Of a stretch of DNA of 64,000 bases, positions 1 through 12,297 are shown piece by piece. Numbering within the stretch: the stretch's first letter is position 1; each line of letters opens with the position of its first letter. The notes below the pieces were generated by a model. That model saw only the letters and a program-made list of their open reading frames with translations. It searched no databases and was not told the DNA's origin. The DNA comes from Clostridia bacterium. GTDB taxonomy: Bacteria; Bacillota; Clostridia; Christensenellales; Aristaeellaceae. The position numbers and the translations under genes were made by a program. The DNA is taken from NCBI GenBank assembly GCA_017395065.1, contig JAFPWH010000002.1, positions 2,156 through 66,155 of the forward strand, written 5' to 3'.

Positions 1-1
1 A

Positions 2-2113
2 AGCGGCAAGCGCCTCAGGGACAACGTCTTTTTCGGCACGGAGGACTGGAACCACGAAAACATACTGATCGTCAATTACGGCGGCCTGTTCGGCTACTAC
101 GACCTGGAAAGCGGCTGGCTGATCGAGCCCCGCTACGACAGCGCGATGAGCTTTGACGAAAACGGCCTTGCGCGCGTGGCGGTGGGCGAGCTTTGGGGCG
201 TGATCGACATGGAGGGGAACTACGTGTTCGAGCCGCAGTTCGAGCGCATCGGCTCCTTTGACTATGACGACGAGATCACCTGGGTCCGCAAGAACGGGCT
301 CGAGGGCTTTATCCGGCGCGACGGCACGGTCCTGGTCGAGCCGCAGTACGACGAGGTAAACTCGTTTGAAGGCGATACGCTGACCTGGGTCGTCAGGGAC
401 GGCCTTTACGGGGTCGTCGACCGGGAGGGAAACGAAGTGATCGGGCCCAGCTACGACAACGTCGATCTGTACGGCTATGAGAAAAGCGGCCTCATCCGGG
501 TTCAGGACGGAGAAAACTGGGGCTGCGTGGACATAAGCGGCAAGTGGGTCATCGAGCCTCAATTTGAGTACATGTATTACTTCGACGATTACGGCGCCGC
601 GCGGGTGGAACTCGAAAACGGGATGGGCCTTGTCTCCAAAACGGGCAAAATCATCCTCGAACCGGTGTATTACAATGTCGTGCAGGAAAGTGACGGCAGG
701 GCGTTTTTCGAAACGCACGGCGGCCTGTGGGGGCTTGTCCGCTATGACGGCACCGTGCTCGTAGAGCCGCGCTTTCAAAGCGTCAACCACTTCTATGAAG
801 GCCTTGCGTGCGTAGAAATAAACGGCAGATACGGTTTTATCGACGCGGAGGGCGAAATGGTCGTCGAAGCGAAATATGAGGACGCAGAATCGTTCTGTGA
901 AGGCCTTGCCGCCGTCGAAAGGGCGCAGGACGACTGGGTCTACGTCGACGCGCAGGGCACCGTCGCAATTGAGCCGGATCCCGGGTACGGGATGTATTCC
1001 TACGCCTACGGCTTTAAAAACGGCACCGCGGAGATCGAGGTATTAGATTACGCCGAACGGACCTACAGATACGGCCTGATCGACAAGACGGGCAGCGTAC
1101 TGCTTGAGCCGGTATACCGAGAGATCGACCAGCACGACGACGGCACGTTCACCGCTTACGACGAAGACCGGAATGATACCGTGTACGGCTTTGTGAACGG
1201 CAGATTGCAGGCGCTTTCCATCGTGAGCAACGATATGTACCTTCGGGACTACTATCCCAACACGGGCGCAAAGGTGGCGAAACTTTCCGGGAAAGCGCAC
1301 ATCGACTGGGACGAAGGCGCACCCTATCCGCGCCTGGACGGCGCAAAAGCACTTTTGCCCGTCTACGCGGCGTTTGCCGAGGCGGTGTATCCGGAAAACA
1401 CGCGCCTTGTGCCCTATGTGGAGGACGCAAACGCGCTGTTTACCTACACCAACACGGTCAGCGCCTACGAGCGCCTGATGCACGGCGAAACGGACATGAT
1501 CTTCTGCGCGGGCCCGAGCCGCGCCGAAACGGAGCAGGCCGCCGGGCTCGGCGTGGAATTCGAGCTCACCTGCATGGGGTACGAGGCGTTCGTGTTCATC
1601 GTAAACGCCGAAAACCCGCTGGAAAGCATCACGGTGGACGAGATCAGGGGCGTTTATTCCGGCGAGATCACGCGCTGGGACGAGCTCGGCGTTCAGGACA
1701 TCGGCGACATCATCGCCTACCAGCGCAACGAAAACAGCGGAAGCCAGACCACGCTGGAAAAGCTGATGGGGGATACACCCCTGATGAAAGCGCCGCAGAT
1801 GTACGTATCCGACGGCATGGAGGACATCCTGACCACCATCGAATACCGCAACTTCCCCAACGCCATCAGCTTCACCTTCCGCTTCTTCTGCAAGGATATG
1901 ATCGGCAGCGGCGTCAAAATGCTGGCGATCGACGGCGTCGATCCGACGGAGGAGAACATCCGCAACGGCTCCTACCCGCTGATCACCCCGATCTACGCGG
2001 TCACCAGAAAGGGCGACACGAACCCCAACATCCAGATCTTCCTCGACTGGATCAAAGGCCCGCAGGGCCAGGAGCTGCTGGAAAAGAGCGGATACGTGGG
2101 GATCGCCGGGTAA
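2..2113 (+). CDS. WG-repeat (KWG/WG_beta-like) protein fused to a C-terminal PstS-like phosphate-binding (PBP_like_2) domain. The 5' end is truncated by the window edge.
   Basis: The reading frame is open from nt 2; the ATG at 146 is internal. N-terminus carries repeated ~35-aa units of the form 'WG.ID..G..V.EPQF/Y'. C-terminal ~300 aa has PstS-like motifs ('ITVDEIRGVYSGEITRWDELG', 'NSGSQTTLEKLMG', 'YPLITPIYAVTRKG'). Confidence 0.7.
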   Translation, partial: SGKRLRDNVFFGTEDWNHENILIVNYGGLFGYYDLESGWLIEPRYDSAMSFDENGLARVAVGELWGVIDMEGNYVFEPQFERIGSFDYDDEITWVRKNGLEGFIRRDGTVLVEPQYDEVNSFEGDTLTWVVRDGLYGVVDREGNEVIGPSYDNVDLYGYEKSGLIRVQDGENWGCVDISGKWVIEPQFEYMYYFDDYGAARVELENGMGLVSKTGKIILEPVYYNVVQESDGRAFFETHGGLWGLVRYDGTVLVEPRFQSVNHFYEGLACVEINGRYGFIDAEGEMVVEAKYEDAESFCEGLAAVERAQDDWVYVDAQGTVAIEPDPGYGMYSYAYGFKNGTAEIEVLDYAERTYRYGLIDKTGSVLLEPVYREIDQHDDGTFTAYDEDRNDTVYGFVNGRLQALSIVSNDMYLRDYYPNTGAKVAKLSGKAHIDWDEGAPYPRLDGAKALLPVYAAFAEAVYPENTRLVPYVEDANALFTYTNTVSAYERLMHGETDMIFCAGPSRAETEQAAGLGVEFELTCMGYEAFVFIVNAENPLESITVDEIRGVYSGEITRWDELGVQDIGDIIAYQRNENSGSQTTLEKLMGDTPLMKAPQMYVSDGMEDILTTIEYRNFPNAISFTFRFFCKDMIGSGVKMLAIDGVDPTEENIRNGSYPLITPIYAVTRKGDTNPNIQIFLDWIKGPQGQELLEKSGYVGIAG

Positions 2114-2317
2114 ACGTACTGACGCGAAGCAAACCCCAATCCGTGACGGCAATCCCGTATTCCCCGTAGCGGCGGCAATCTGCCGCCACAGTCGAAACGT
2201 ATACACAGGAAACAGCATCATACGCAACGCCATAGCGCATACGCATCCCAAACGGCGACGAATTCGCAGCCATAACCCAATCCGTGACGGAAATCCAATG
2301 ACCCGGGAGGCACTCCG

Positions 2318-4492
2318 ATGAAACGCTTGCTTATCCTTCTTCTTACGTTTGCGCTTCTTTTGCCCGCACTTGCGGAAGACAATTATCCCGAGAACATACC
2401 CTGTGAATACGAGGGGCAGACGTACTTTCTTAGCTACGACGCGCAGAGAGGCGTTTTCCGCCTGAAGGACGCAGAAGGCGCGACCGTCAGGCAAAAGCTT
2501 TTCGGGTCGCTGACGTACAGCGAGGCGACGGATACGTATCTTATCAAAATCGGCGAACAGTACGGCTACCTCGACGGCGAGGGCAACTGGCTGTTCCCGT
2601 TCGGCTTCGACGAGGCCTATGCATTTCAGGACAACGGCGTTGCGGTCGTCAGGACGGGCGACCTGTGGGGCTATGTGCGCTCGGACGGCACGTACCTTTT
2701 CGAACCGCAGTTCACAAACGACCGGGGCTGGGGCGAACGGATGCAATTCCATCACGGCGCTGCCCGCGTACGTAAAGACGGCTTATACGGCTTTATCCGC
2801 GAGGACGGCACATACCTGTTCGAACCGCAATTCACAGATGCCAAACCGTTCTGGTATTGCACGATCACGCTGGTCGGTGATGAAAACGGCCTGTACGGGT
2901 ATGTTACGACGTCAGGGGAATTCCTCTTTGAACCGCAATTTGAATGGACGTCAGAGCCGTTCATGAATACCGATGACATAGCGCGTGTTTGGAAAAACGG
3001 CCTGGCCGGTTTCATCAAAGCGGACGGTACGTTTTTGCTGGAGCCGCAGTTCGAGGAGGCGAGCGGCTTCGGATCCGCAGGATATGCTCATGTCAGAAAA
3101 GACGGGTATTACGGACTCGTCGGGCTTGACGGAGCTTACCTGATCGAGCCGCGGTTCGAGAAAGATATATATTTCTACGGCGGCCTGGCTGCGGAACCTG
3201 TTGACGGATTGTACGGCTATATCGACATGAGCGGTGCGTTCGTTATACCGCCCGCGTTCGCATATGCCTGTGCTTTTTCCGAAGAAATCGCGGCAGTAAG
3301 GAACGCCGAAGGAAAATGGGGATATATAAACACTGCCGGGGAATATGTGACGGAACCGAAATATGACAGTGCGTACGCGTTTGAGCACGGTTTCGGCATA
3401 GTGGAAATGCTCAACGGCAGGAAGACGGAGTGGTGGGGGACCGAGTTTGACGATTATTATGTCGGCCTCGTGGATCATGACGGCCGGGAGGTGCTCGAGC
3501 CGATTTACGATTATATCGAAGTTACCGAAGACGGCATCATCACGGCCGAAAAGGACGGCGAAGAACGGATCTGTACCTATGAAAACGGAAAACTCAAGGA
3601 TATCGAGATCGTGGACACGGTATTGGATCTTTCGGATTACTATCCCAACCGGGGCGAAAAAGTGGTCACGCTCGGCGAAGAGGCGGATATCGCCTGGGAC
3701 AGCGCTTTTTCCCTGCCAAGGCTCGACGGCGCGACTGCGCTTCTGCCCACCTATTCGGCGTTTGCGCAGGCGACATATCCGCAGGACACGCACTTTGAAT
3801 ATTATGACGGCGCACAGTTTACCTGTACAAAAACCAATAGGGCCTACGATAACCTGATCTACGGGGAAACGGACATCATCTTCTGCGCAGGCCCCAGCGA
3901 CGCGCAGATCGAAGACGCGCTTGACGCGGGCGTGGAGTTTGAGTTCACGCTGATGGGCTATGAATCGTTCGTATTCATCGTAAACAGGGACAATCCGCTG
4001 GAGAGCATCACGCTCGAACAGATCAAAGATATCTACAGCGGAAAGCTTACCCAATGGGACGAAGTGGGCGTAAGCGGCATGGGCGACATCATCGCCTACC
4101 AGCGCCCGAAGAACAGCGGCAGCCAAACCGCGCTGGAGAAGCTGATGGGGGATACGCCCCTGATGGAAGCGCCGCAGATGTACGTTTCCGACGGCATGGA
4201 GGACATACTGACCACCATCGAATACCGCAACTTTCCCAACGCCATCGGCTACACCTTCCGCTTTTTCTGCGCGGACATGGTTGGCAGCAAGGTAAAGCTT
4301 TTGGCGGTCGACGGCGTGGAGGCGAACGTGGAAAATATAAGAAACGGCTCCTACCCCATCATCACCCCGCTGTACGCGGTCACCAGAAAGGGCGACACGA
4401 ACCCCAACATCCAAATCTTCCTCGACTGGATCAAAGGCCCGCAGGGCCAGGAGCTGCTGGAAAAGAGCGGATATGTGGGGATCGCGGGGTAA
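2318..4492 (+). CDS. Secreted WG-repeat protein fused to a PstS-like phosphate-binding domain. Paralog of the upstream gene.
   Basis: Signal peptide MKRLLILLLTFALLLPALA. More than 10 WG repeats ('LYGYV..DGT/SGEFLFEPQF'). C-terminal PstS-like domain; the last 30 aa are identical to the upstream gene. Confidence 0.75.
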   Translation: MKRLLILLLTFALLLPALAEDNYPENIPCEYEGQTYFLSYDAQRGVFRLKDAEGATVRQKLFGSLTYSEATDTYLIKIGEQYGYLDGEGNWLFPFGFDEAYAFQDNGVAVVRTGDLWGYVRSDGTYLFEPQFTNDRGWGERMQFHHGAARVRKDGLYGFIREDGTYLFEPQFTDAKPFWYCTITLVGDENGLYGYVTTSGEFLFEPQFEWTSEPFMNTDDIARVWKNGLAGFIKADGTFLLEPQFEEASGFGSAGYAHVRKDGYYGLVGLDGAYLIEPRFEKDIYFYGGLAAEPVDGLYGYIDMSGAFVIPPAFAYACAFSEEIAAVRNAEGKWGYINTAGEYVTEPKYDSAYAFEHGFGIVEMLNGRKTEWWGTEFDDYYVGLVDHDGREVLEPIYDYIEVTEDGIITAEKDGEERICTYENGKLKDIEIVDTVLDLSDYYPNRGEKVVTLGEEADIAWDSAFSLPRLDGATALLPTYSAFAQATYPQDTHFEYYDGAQFTCTKTNRAYDNLIYGETDIIFCAGPSDAQIEDALDAGVEFEFTLMGYESFVFIVNRDNPLESITLEQIKDIYSGKLTQWDEVGVSGMGDIIAYQRPKNSGSQTALEKLMGDTPLMEAPQMYVSDGMEDILTTIEYRNFPNAIGYTFRFFCADMVGSKVKLLAVDGVEANVENIRNGSYPIITPLYAVTRKGDTNPNIQIFLDWIKGPQGQELLEKSGYVGIAG

Positions 4493-4597
4493 ACGTGCGT
4501 TCAGCACCGCATCGACCCGCATACGCACCCCCGCCGGGCGGCGTTTCTTCCGCCGCTCGGTTATTATTTTGTAAAACTATACAAAAACGAACAAAAT

Positions 4598-4935
4598 GAT
4601 GGTATAATCATTTATGCGTTGAAGAAAAGCAGTAACCGTTTTTCCGCGCCCAAAGAGAACTGCCGGGCGGTGCGAGGCAGCGGGCGGAGGCGGTGAACTC
4701 GTTTCGGAGCATCCCTTTATGGGCGGCCGCCCGCGTTACAGGGCAAAAGAGAGGGTCTTACAAGGATCAGGAAGAGTGGTACCGCGCGTGCTTTCATGCG
4801 CCTCTTCGCCTGTAAGGGCTCTTTATTTTACGCGGACGAGGCGCCGCGCAAAAGAAATAAAGCGGCTTCAGGCCCCCTCAAACAACGAAAACACAGAACG
4901 ACCGCTTCAAGCGGGATCGTCACAAAGGAGTCGAT
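4598..4935 (+). promoter_or_regulatory. Promoter (extended -10 TGgTATAAT at 4600-4608) plus a T-box riboswitch leader of leuS.
   Basis: A ~330-nt leader lies between the promoter and the leuS ATG. It carries the conserved T-box sequence 'AGUGGUACCGCG' at 4775-4786. A candidate Leu specifier CUC sits at 4698-4700 in a 'GAACUCG' context. A U-run (ctttatttt, ~4838-4846) follows a GC-rich segment. The ORF-track start at 4796 lies inside this leader. Confidence 0.6.
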
Positions 4936-4939
4936 AACA

Positions 4940-7354
<2,415 letters not shown>

Positions 7355-7372
7355 GCCCGAAAGGAGAAGGCT

Positions 7373-8203
7373 GTGGACGAGCTGAACTACCTCAAAAGCA
7401 TACTGCTGGGCTTCCTGGAGGGCATAAGCTCGCTTTTGCCCGTCGGCGACAGCGGCCACGTGCTTTTGCTCGAAAGGATGAGCGGCATCGCCCTGACGGG
7501 CGAGGAGCTGATCCCCGCGATGACGGCGCTGCGCGCGGGCGTATTGCTGGCCGTGCTGATCGGCTGCATAAAGCCGCTGCTTTCCATGCTGAGGCATCCG
7601 GTCAAGGGTGAGCTCAAATATGTGCTTTTGTCCTGCCTGCCGCTTCTGGGCGTGAGCCTGATCCTTCGCGCGGCCGGCTGGGACAGGCTTTTGCGAAGCA
7701 GCGCGTATACGCTTTTGCCCTTTGCGTTCCTGTTCACGGGTGTGATACTGTTTCTCGCGCAGGGCATCGCCAAAAACCGCCGCCTCGCGGACAGCGCGCA
7801 AAACAAGGTGGGCTTAAAGCACGCGGCGGCCCTTTCGCTCATGCAGATACTGAGCGTGTTCCCGGGCGTGTCGCTTGCGGGCATGGAGCTGAGCGGCTGC
7901 TTAAGCAGCGGGCTCAAGGCCAAAAAGACGTCGGAGTTTTCGTTCCTCAGCATGGTGCCCGCGCTGCTGGTTTTGTACCTGCCGGACGCGCTGACGGCCG
8001 CAAAGTCGGGCGCGCTCAGACAGGCCGTGAATGAGAACGGGATCATGCTGCTGTGCGGCCTGGCCGCCGCGATGCTGACGGGGCTTGCGGCGCTGAAGCT
8101 CACGCAGTGGCTGGTCAAAAAGGAAAAGCTGCGTTTTGTAACGCTGTACCTGATCGTCGCTTCCGCCGCCGTGCTGATCCTTACGGCCGCGGGCAAGCTG
8201 TAA
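7373..8203 (+). CDS. uppP: Undecaprenyl-diphosphatase (UppP/BacA) family membrane protein
   Basis: 276 aa, polytopic. N-terminal motif 'LEGISSLLPVGDSGHV' matches UppP 'VEGLTEFLPVSSTGHM'. 'SEFSFL' is conserved. The second motif reads 'FPGVSLAGM' where 'PGFSRSG' is expected. Confidence 0.55.
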   Translation: MDELNYLKSILLGFLEGISSLLPVGDSGHVLLLERMSGIALTGEELIPAMTALRAGVLLAVLIGCIKPLLSMLRHPVKGELKYVLLSCLPLLGVSLILRAAGWDRLLRSSAYTLLPFAFLFTGVILFLAQGIAKNRRLADSAQNKVGLKHAAALSLMQILSVFPGVSLAGMELSGCLSSGLKAKKTSEFSFLSMVPALLVLYLPDALTAAKSGALRQAVNENGIMLLCGLAAAMLTGLAALKLTQWLVKKEKLRFVTLYLIVASAAVLILTAAGKL

Positions 8204-8215
8204 AGGAGGACAAAT

Positions 8216-9406
8216 ATGAAAAGAGCCGCAATGCTGCTGCTTTCGCTGCTGCTGACGATGAGCGTGTGCGCATGCTCCGCCAGCGGAGAAGTCACGGTCC
8301 CGGAGCTGACCGTCACCTATAAATCCGTGCCGGAAACCGAAGCGTTCGCCTTCACGAAGGCGCTGGGCGTCGGCTGGAACCTCGGCAACACCTTCGACGC
8401 CACGGGCGGCAGCTGGATCAAGGACGAAATGGACATCGAGACCGCTTGGCACGGCGACAGGACCAAGGAAGCGCTGATCGAGGCGCTCAGGCAGGCGGGC
8501 TTCGATTCGATCCGTATCCCCGTCTCCTGGCACGATCACGTGGACGGGGAATTCAACATTTCCGACCGCTGGCTCAGCCGCGTGCAGGAGGTCGTCGACT
8601 GGGCGATCGAACGCGATATGTACGTGATCGTCAACATCCATCACGACTGCGAAAAGAGCTACTATTATCCCTCCTACGAGTGTCTTGAGAATTCGCAAAA
8701 GTACGTTTCGGCCATCTGGTCGCAGCTGAGCGCCCGCTTCATCGACTACGACGAACACCTGATCTTCGAAAACCTGAACGAGCCGCGCTTAAAGGACACG
8801 CCCTACGAGTGGATGTCCGGCTCGACGGCGAAGGAAGTCACCGAGTCGATGGAGTGCATCAACGCCCTGAACCAGACCTTCGTCAACACCGTGCGCGCTT
8901 CCGGCGGCAAAAACGCGGAGCGCTACCTGATGGTCTCCGGCTACGACGCGGCCGTCGCGGGCGTCATCACCGACCGCTTCGTTTTGCCCGAGGACAGCGC
9001 CGAAAACAGGCTGATCATATCGACCCACGCCTACATTCCCTACGATTTCGCGCTGCAGTCGCCCAAGGAGAGCGGCAGCCGCTCCGAGTGGAGCATCCAG
9101 AGCGCGGGCGACAAGAGCTATATCGCCGGCGAGTTCGAAAGCCTGTACAAAAAGTTCGTCCTCAACGGCATCCCCGTCGTCATGGGCGAATTCGGCAGCC
9201 GCACCAAGGGAAACAACGTGCAGGCCCGCGTGGACCACGCCGCCTACTACGTGCTCAGCGGCGCCATCCGCGGCATTCCCTGCCTGTGGTGGGACAACAA
9301 CGCCTTCAAGGGCAACGGAGAGCTGTTCGGCCTGATCCACCGCAGCACGATGCGCTGGGAGTACCCCAAAATCGTCGAAGCGATGATGCAGTACAAGCTG
9401 AAATAA
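8216..9406 (+). CDS. Glycoside hydrolase family 5 (endoglucanase/cellulase-like) lipoprotein
   Basis: Lipoprotein signal (LLLTMSVCAC). GH5 motifs 'GVGWNLGNTFDA', 'IVNIHHD', 'FENLNEPR' (catalytic acid/base in the NEP context), and a 'GEFG' nucleophile region. Confidence 0.85.
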   Translation: MKRAAMLLLSLLLTMSVCACSASGEVTVPELTVTYKSVPETEAFAFTKALGVGWNLGNTFDATGGSWIKDEMDIETAWHGDRTKEALIEALRQAGFDSIRIPVSWHDHVDGEFNISDRWLSRVQEVVDWAIERDMYVIVNIHHDCEKSYYYPSYECLENSQKYVSAIWSQLSARFIDYDEHLIFENLNEPRLKDTPYEWMSGSTAKEVTESMECINALNQTFVNTVRASGGKNAERYLMVSGYDAAVAGVITDRFVLPEDSAENRLIISTHAYIPYDFALQSPKESGSRSEWSIQSAGDKSYIAGEFESLYKKFVLNGIPVVMGEFGSRTKGNNVQARVDHAAYYVLSGAIRGIPCLWWDNNAFKGNGELFGLIHRSTMRWEYPKIVEAMMQYKLK

Positions 9407-9414
9407 GGTTTTTG

Positions 9415-9446
9415 CCCCGCGTTTTGTGCGCGGGGCGCTTTTTTCG
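9415..9446 (+). terminator. Rho-independent terminator after the GH5 gene
   Basis: gccccgcg...cgcggggc stem followed by TTTTTT. Confidence 0.7.
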
Positions 9447-9509
9447 GCATTTTTGTCTTGCCATCGCTCCGAAAAGATGGTATAATAATATCGAATATAC
9501 AAAAATACG

Positions 9510-10277
9510 GTGGGGAATATGAAACTTGTATCCTGGAACGTGAACGGTCTGCGCGCGTGCGCGGAAAAGGGCTTTTACGAGAGCATGGCTTCCCTCGGCG
9601 CGGACGCGATCTGCCTGCAGGAGATCAAGCTCAAGCCCGAGCAGTTCACAAACAAAATGGACGGCTACGAAGCGTATCTGAACAGCGCCGAAAAGCCCGG
9701 CTATTCCGGAACGGCGGTGTTTTGCAAAGTAAAGCCGCTGAGCGTGAAGTACGGCATAGGCATAGGCGAGCACGACCACGAGGGGCGCGTGATCACCTGC
9801 GAATACCCCGGCTTCTTCCTCGTGTGCTGCTATACGCCCAACTCCCAGGACGGGCTCAAGCGCCTGGACTATCGAATGAAATGGGAGGACGACTTCCGCG
9901 CCTACCTTACGGAGCTCGACAAAACCAAGCCCGTGATCCTGTGCGGAGACCTGAACGTCGCCCACAACGAGATCGACCTGAAAAACCCGGACACGAACCA
10001 CATGAACGCGGGCTTTACCGATCAGGAGCGCGAAAAGATGACGCTGCTTTTGCAAAGCGGCTTTACGGACAGCTTCCGCAGCCTCTATCCGGACAAGACC
10101 GGCGCCTACTCTTGGTGGAGCTACCGCATGCGGGCGAGGGAAAGGAACGCAGGCTGGCGCATCGACTACTTCATCGTATCGGACAGGCTGAGGCCGAAGA
10201 TCAAAGACGCGAAGATCCATTCGGACATCTACGGCTCGGACCACTGCCCCGTATCGCTCGAAATCGACGAAAACTGA
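9510..10277 (+). CDS. xth: Exodeoxyribonuclease III (AP endonuclease)
   Basis: 'MKLVSWNVNGLRA', 'LQEIK', 'GDLNVAHNEIDL', 'SDHCPV' are classic ExoIII/Xth motifs. Upstream extended -10 tggTATAAT at ~9477-9485. Confidence 0.95.
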   Translation: MGNMKLVSWNVNGLRACAEKGFYESMASLGADAICLQEIKLKPEQFTNKMDGYEAYLNSAEKPGYSGTAVFCKVKPLSVKYGIGIGEHDHEGRVITCEYPGFFLVCCYTPNSQDGLKRLDYRMKWEDDFRAYLTELDKTKPVILCGDLNVAHNEIDLKNPDTNHMNAGFTDQEREKMTLLLQSGFTDSFRSLYPDKTGAYSWWSYRMRARERNAGWRIDYFIVSDRLRPKIKDAKIHSDIYGSDHCPVSLEIDEN

Positions 10278-10317
10278 CGCGCCTGACCCGGATAGGCGCA
10301 AGAAAGGAAACACAGCA

Positions 10318-11106
10318 ATGAAACAGCCCAAAACCGAGACAAAGCAGGTCCACATCGACAGCGCGCTGCCCATCTTCGCGGCGGCGGGCGTCTTCCTGCT
10401 GGGGTCTTTGATCTTTCCGGTATATAACCTGTGGGGCATCCTCGTAAGCGGCGGCCTGGCCGCGGCGACCTTCGCCGCCCTCAAACTCAAGGTCTTTAAG
10501 GGCAGGGAAGCGTCCGTTACGCACGAATACTATACCGGCGACAAGCAGCTGGACGCGCAGATCAAATACGGCTTTGAGACGATCGAGCGCTTCCGCCTGA
10601 TCGCGCAGAAGGAGGGCGACGGCGAAACGGCTGCCTCCCTTACCCGCATCGCCGACGCCGCCGAGGGCATCGTGGACGACGTGATCACCGACCCGCAGGA
10701 CAGGGGAGACGCGTCCACGTTCTTCAGCTACTATCTGCCCACGATCGACAAGCTGATGTATTACTACGAGCAGTTTTCCAAAAACGCGCACGGCGAGAAC
10801 GCGGCCTACAGCAAGGCGCGCATCGAAAGCTGCCTGGGCATGGTCGCGGGCGCGTACGAAAAGTTTCTGGACAAGCTCTACCGAAACGACGCTGCCGAGA
10901 TCAAAACCAGCATCGAGGTGCTCAAGATCATGCTGCGCAGCGAAGGCCTCGCCAGCAAGGAAGACACGAAGACCCAGATCAAAAAACCCGATATGTCCGC
11001 CTACTCTGCGTCTGAAATGGACGCCGATATAGAGAACATCAGCAAGAGCCTGCAAAGCGAAGCCGACATGGAGCTTAAGCAGGTCGCCGCCGGATCAGCT
11101 CATTAA
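10318..11106 (+). CDS. XpaC-like (5-bromo-4-chloroindolyl phosphate hydrolysis protein family) membrane protein
   Basis: N-terminal 2-TM segment followed by a helical domain. The typical partner gene telA/yaaN lies immediately downstream. Confidence 0.6.
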   Translation: MKQPKTETKQVHIDSALPIFAAAGVFLLGSLIFPVYNLWGILVSGGLAAATFAALKLKVFKGREASVTHEYYTGDKQLDAQIKYGFETIERFRLIAQKEGDGETAASLTRIADAAEGIVDDVITDPQDRGDASTFFSYYLPTIDKLMYYYEQFSKNAHGENAAYSKARIESCLGMVAGAYEKFLDKLYRNDAAEIKTSIEVLKIMLRSEGLASKEDTKTQIKKPDMSAYSASEMDADIENISKSLQSEADMELKQVAAGSAH

Positions 11107-11127
11107 AACGAAGAAGGAGAGAGAGCC

Positions 11128-12261
11128 ATGAGCGAAAACCAGTTCACCGCCACCGCCACTGCCGTCATCCCCGAGTTTGAGGAAGCCCTCAAAAAGATCG
11201 ACGTGGAGATCGACACCAATCAGGACCCCGAGAAGCAGGAGAAGGAACGCAAGGCCATCTACGACGCCATCCGCGACGTGGAGAAGACCGACATCAAGGA
11301 GACCGCCGACGTGTTCGCCTTCGGCAGCGAGATCCAGGGCGACCTGAGCCATTTCTCCGATACGGCGCTTGCCAAGGTCAAGGCCAAGGACCTGGGCGAG
11401 GTGGGCGACATGATCAGCAACCTCGTCGTTCAGCTCAAGGGCTTCACCGTGGACGAAAAGCAAAAGAAGGGCTTCTTCAGCTGGTTCAAGAAAAAGGTCA
11501 ACCGCATCGAGCTGCTCAAGACCCGCTACGACGCCGCCGCCACCAACGTGGACGAGATCGTAAAGGCCCTCAACTCCCATAAGGTCACGCTGCTCAACGA
11601 CGTCGTGCTTCTGGACGAGCTCTACGACGAGAACCTCAAGTACTTCAAGACCCTGACCGTCTACATCGGCATGGGCAAGCAGAAGCTGGAGGAGTTCCGC
11701 AAGACCGAAGTCGCCGAGGCCGTCGCGCTCGCGCAGCGCACGAACCTGCCCGAGGACGCGCAGGCCGCAAAAGATTTGAACGACAAGGCCGACCGCTTCG
11801 AAAAGAAGCTCTACGACCTGGAGCTGACCCGCAACATCTCCATCCAGATGGCGCCGCAGATCAGGCTGCTCCAGTCCTCCGACACCGTGATGGTCGAAAA
11901 GATCCAGTCCACCATCGTCAACACCATCCCCGTATGGAAGAGCCAGATGGTCATGGCGCTGGGCATCGAGCACAGCCAGCAGGCGATGGAGGCGCAGCAG
12001 GCGGTCACGAACCTGACCAACGAGCTGCTCAAGAAGAACGCCGAGAGCCTGCACATGGCGACCGTCGAGACCGCCAAGGCGGCCGAGCGCGGCATCATCG
12101 ACATCGAGACGCTGACCTACACCAACCAAAAGCTCATCGACACGATGGACGAGGTGCTCCGCATCCAGAACGAGGGCAGGGAAAAGCGCCGCGAGGCCGA
12201 GCAGACCCTCAGGAACATTGAGCAGGAGCTCAAGGCCAAGCTGCTCGAGTTCAAGGGCTGA
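11128..12261 (+). CDS. telA: Toxic anion resistance protein TelA/KlaA (YaaN) family
   Basis: 377 aa. Conserved TelA core 'LNDVVLLDELYDENLKYFKTLTVYIGMGKQKLEEF'. RBS GAAGGAGAG. Confidence 0.85.
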   Translation: MSENQFTATATAVIPEFEEALKKIDVEIDTNQDPEKQEKERKAIYDAIRDVEKTDIKETADVFAFGSEIQGDLSHFSDTALAKVKAKDLGEVGDMISNLVVQLKGFTVDEKQKKGFFSWFKKKVNRIELLKTRYDAAATNVDEIVKALNSHKVTLLNDVVLLDELYDENLKYFKTLTVYIGMGKQKLEEFRKTEVAEAVALAQRTNLPEDAQAAKDLNDKADRFEKKLYDLELTRNISIQMAPQIRLLQSSDTVMVEKIQSTIVNTIPVWKSQMVMALGIEHSQQAMEAQQAVTNLTNELLKKNAESLHMATVETAKAAERGIIDIETLTYTNQKLIDTMDEVLRIQNEGREKRREAEQTLRNIEQELKAKLLEFKG

Positions 12262-12297
12262 CGGAAAAGGGATCGCCGATCCGTTTCGGCGGGGAAT

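Noticed and set aside
1043-2755. 570-aa ORF antisense to the WG/PstS-like genes (and similarly 2951-4528, 525 aa)
   Set aside because: Antisense high-GC artefacts spanning two real genes and their intergenic region. The translation is low complexity and Arg-rich.
4796-4939. Upstream in-frame extension of leuS proposed by the ORF track
   Set aside because: The region contains the T-box conserved sequence and a terminator-like U-run. The canonical start with RBS is at 4940.
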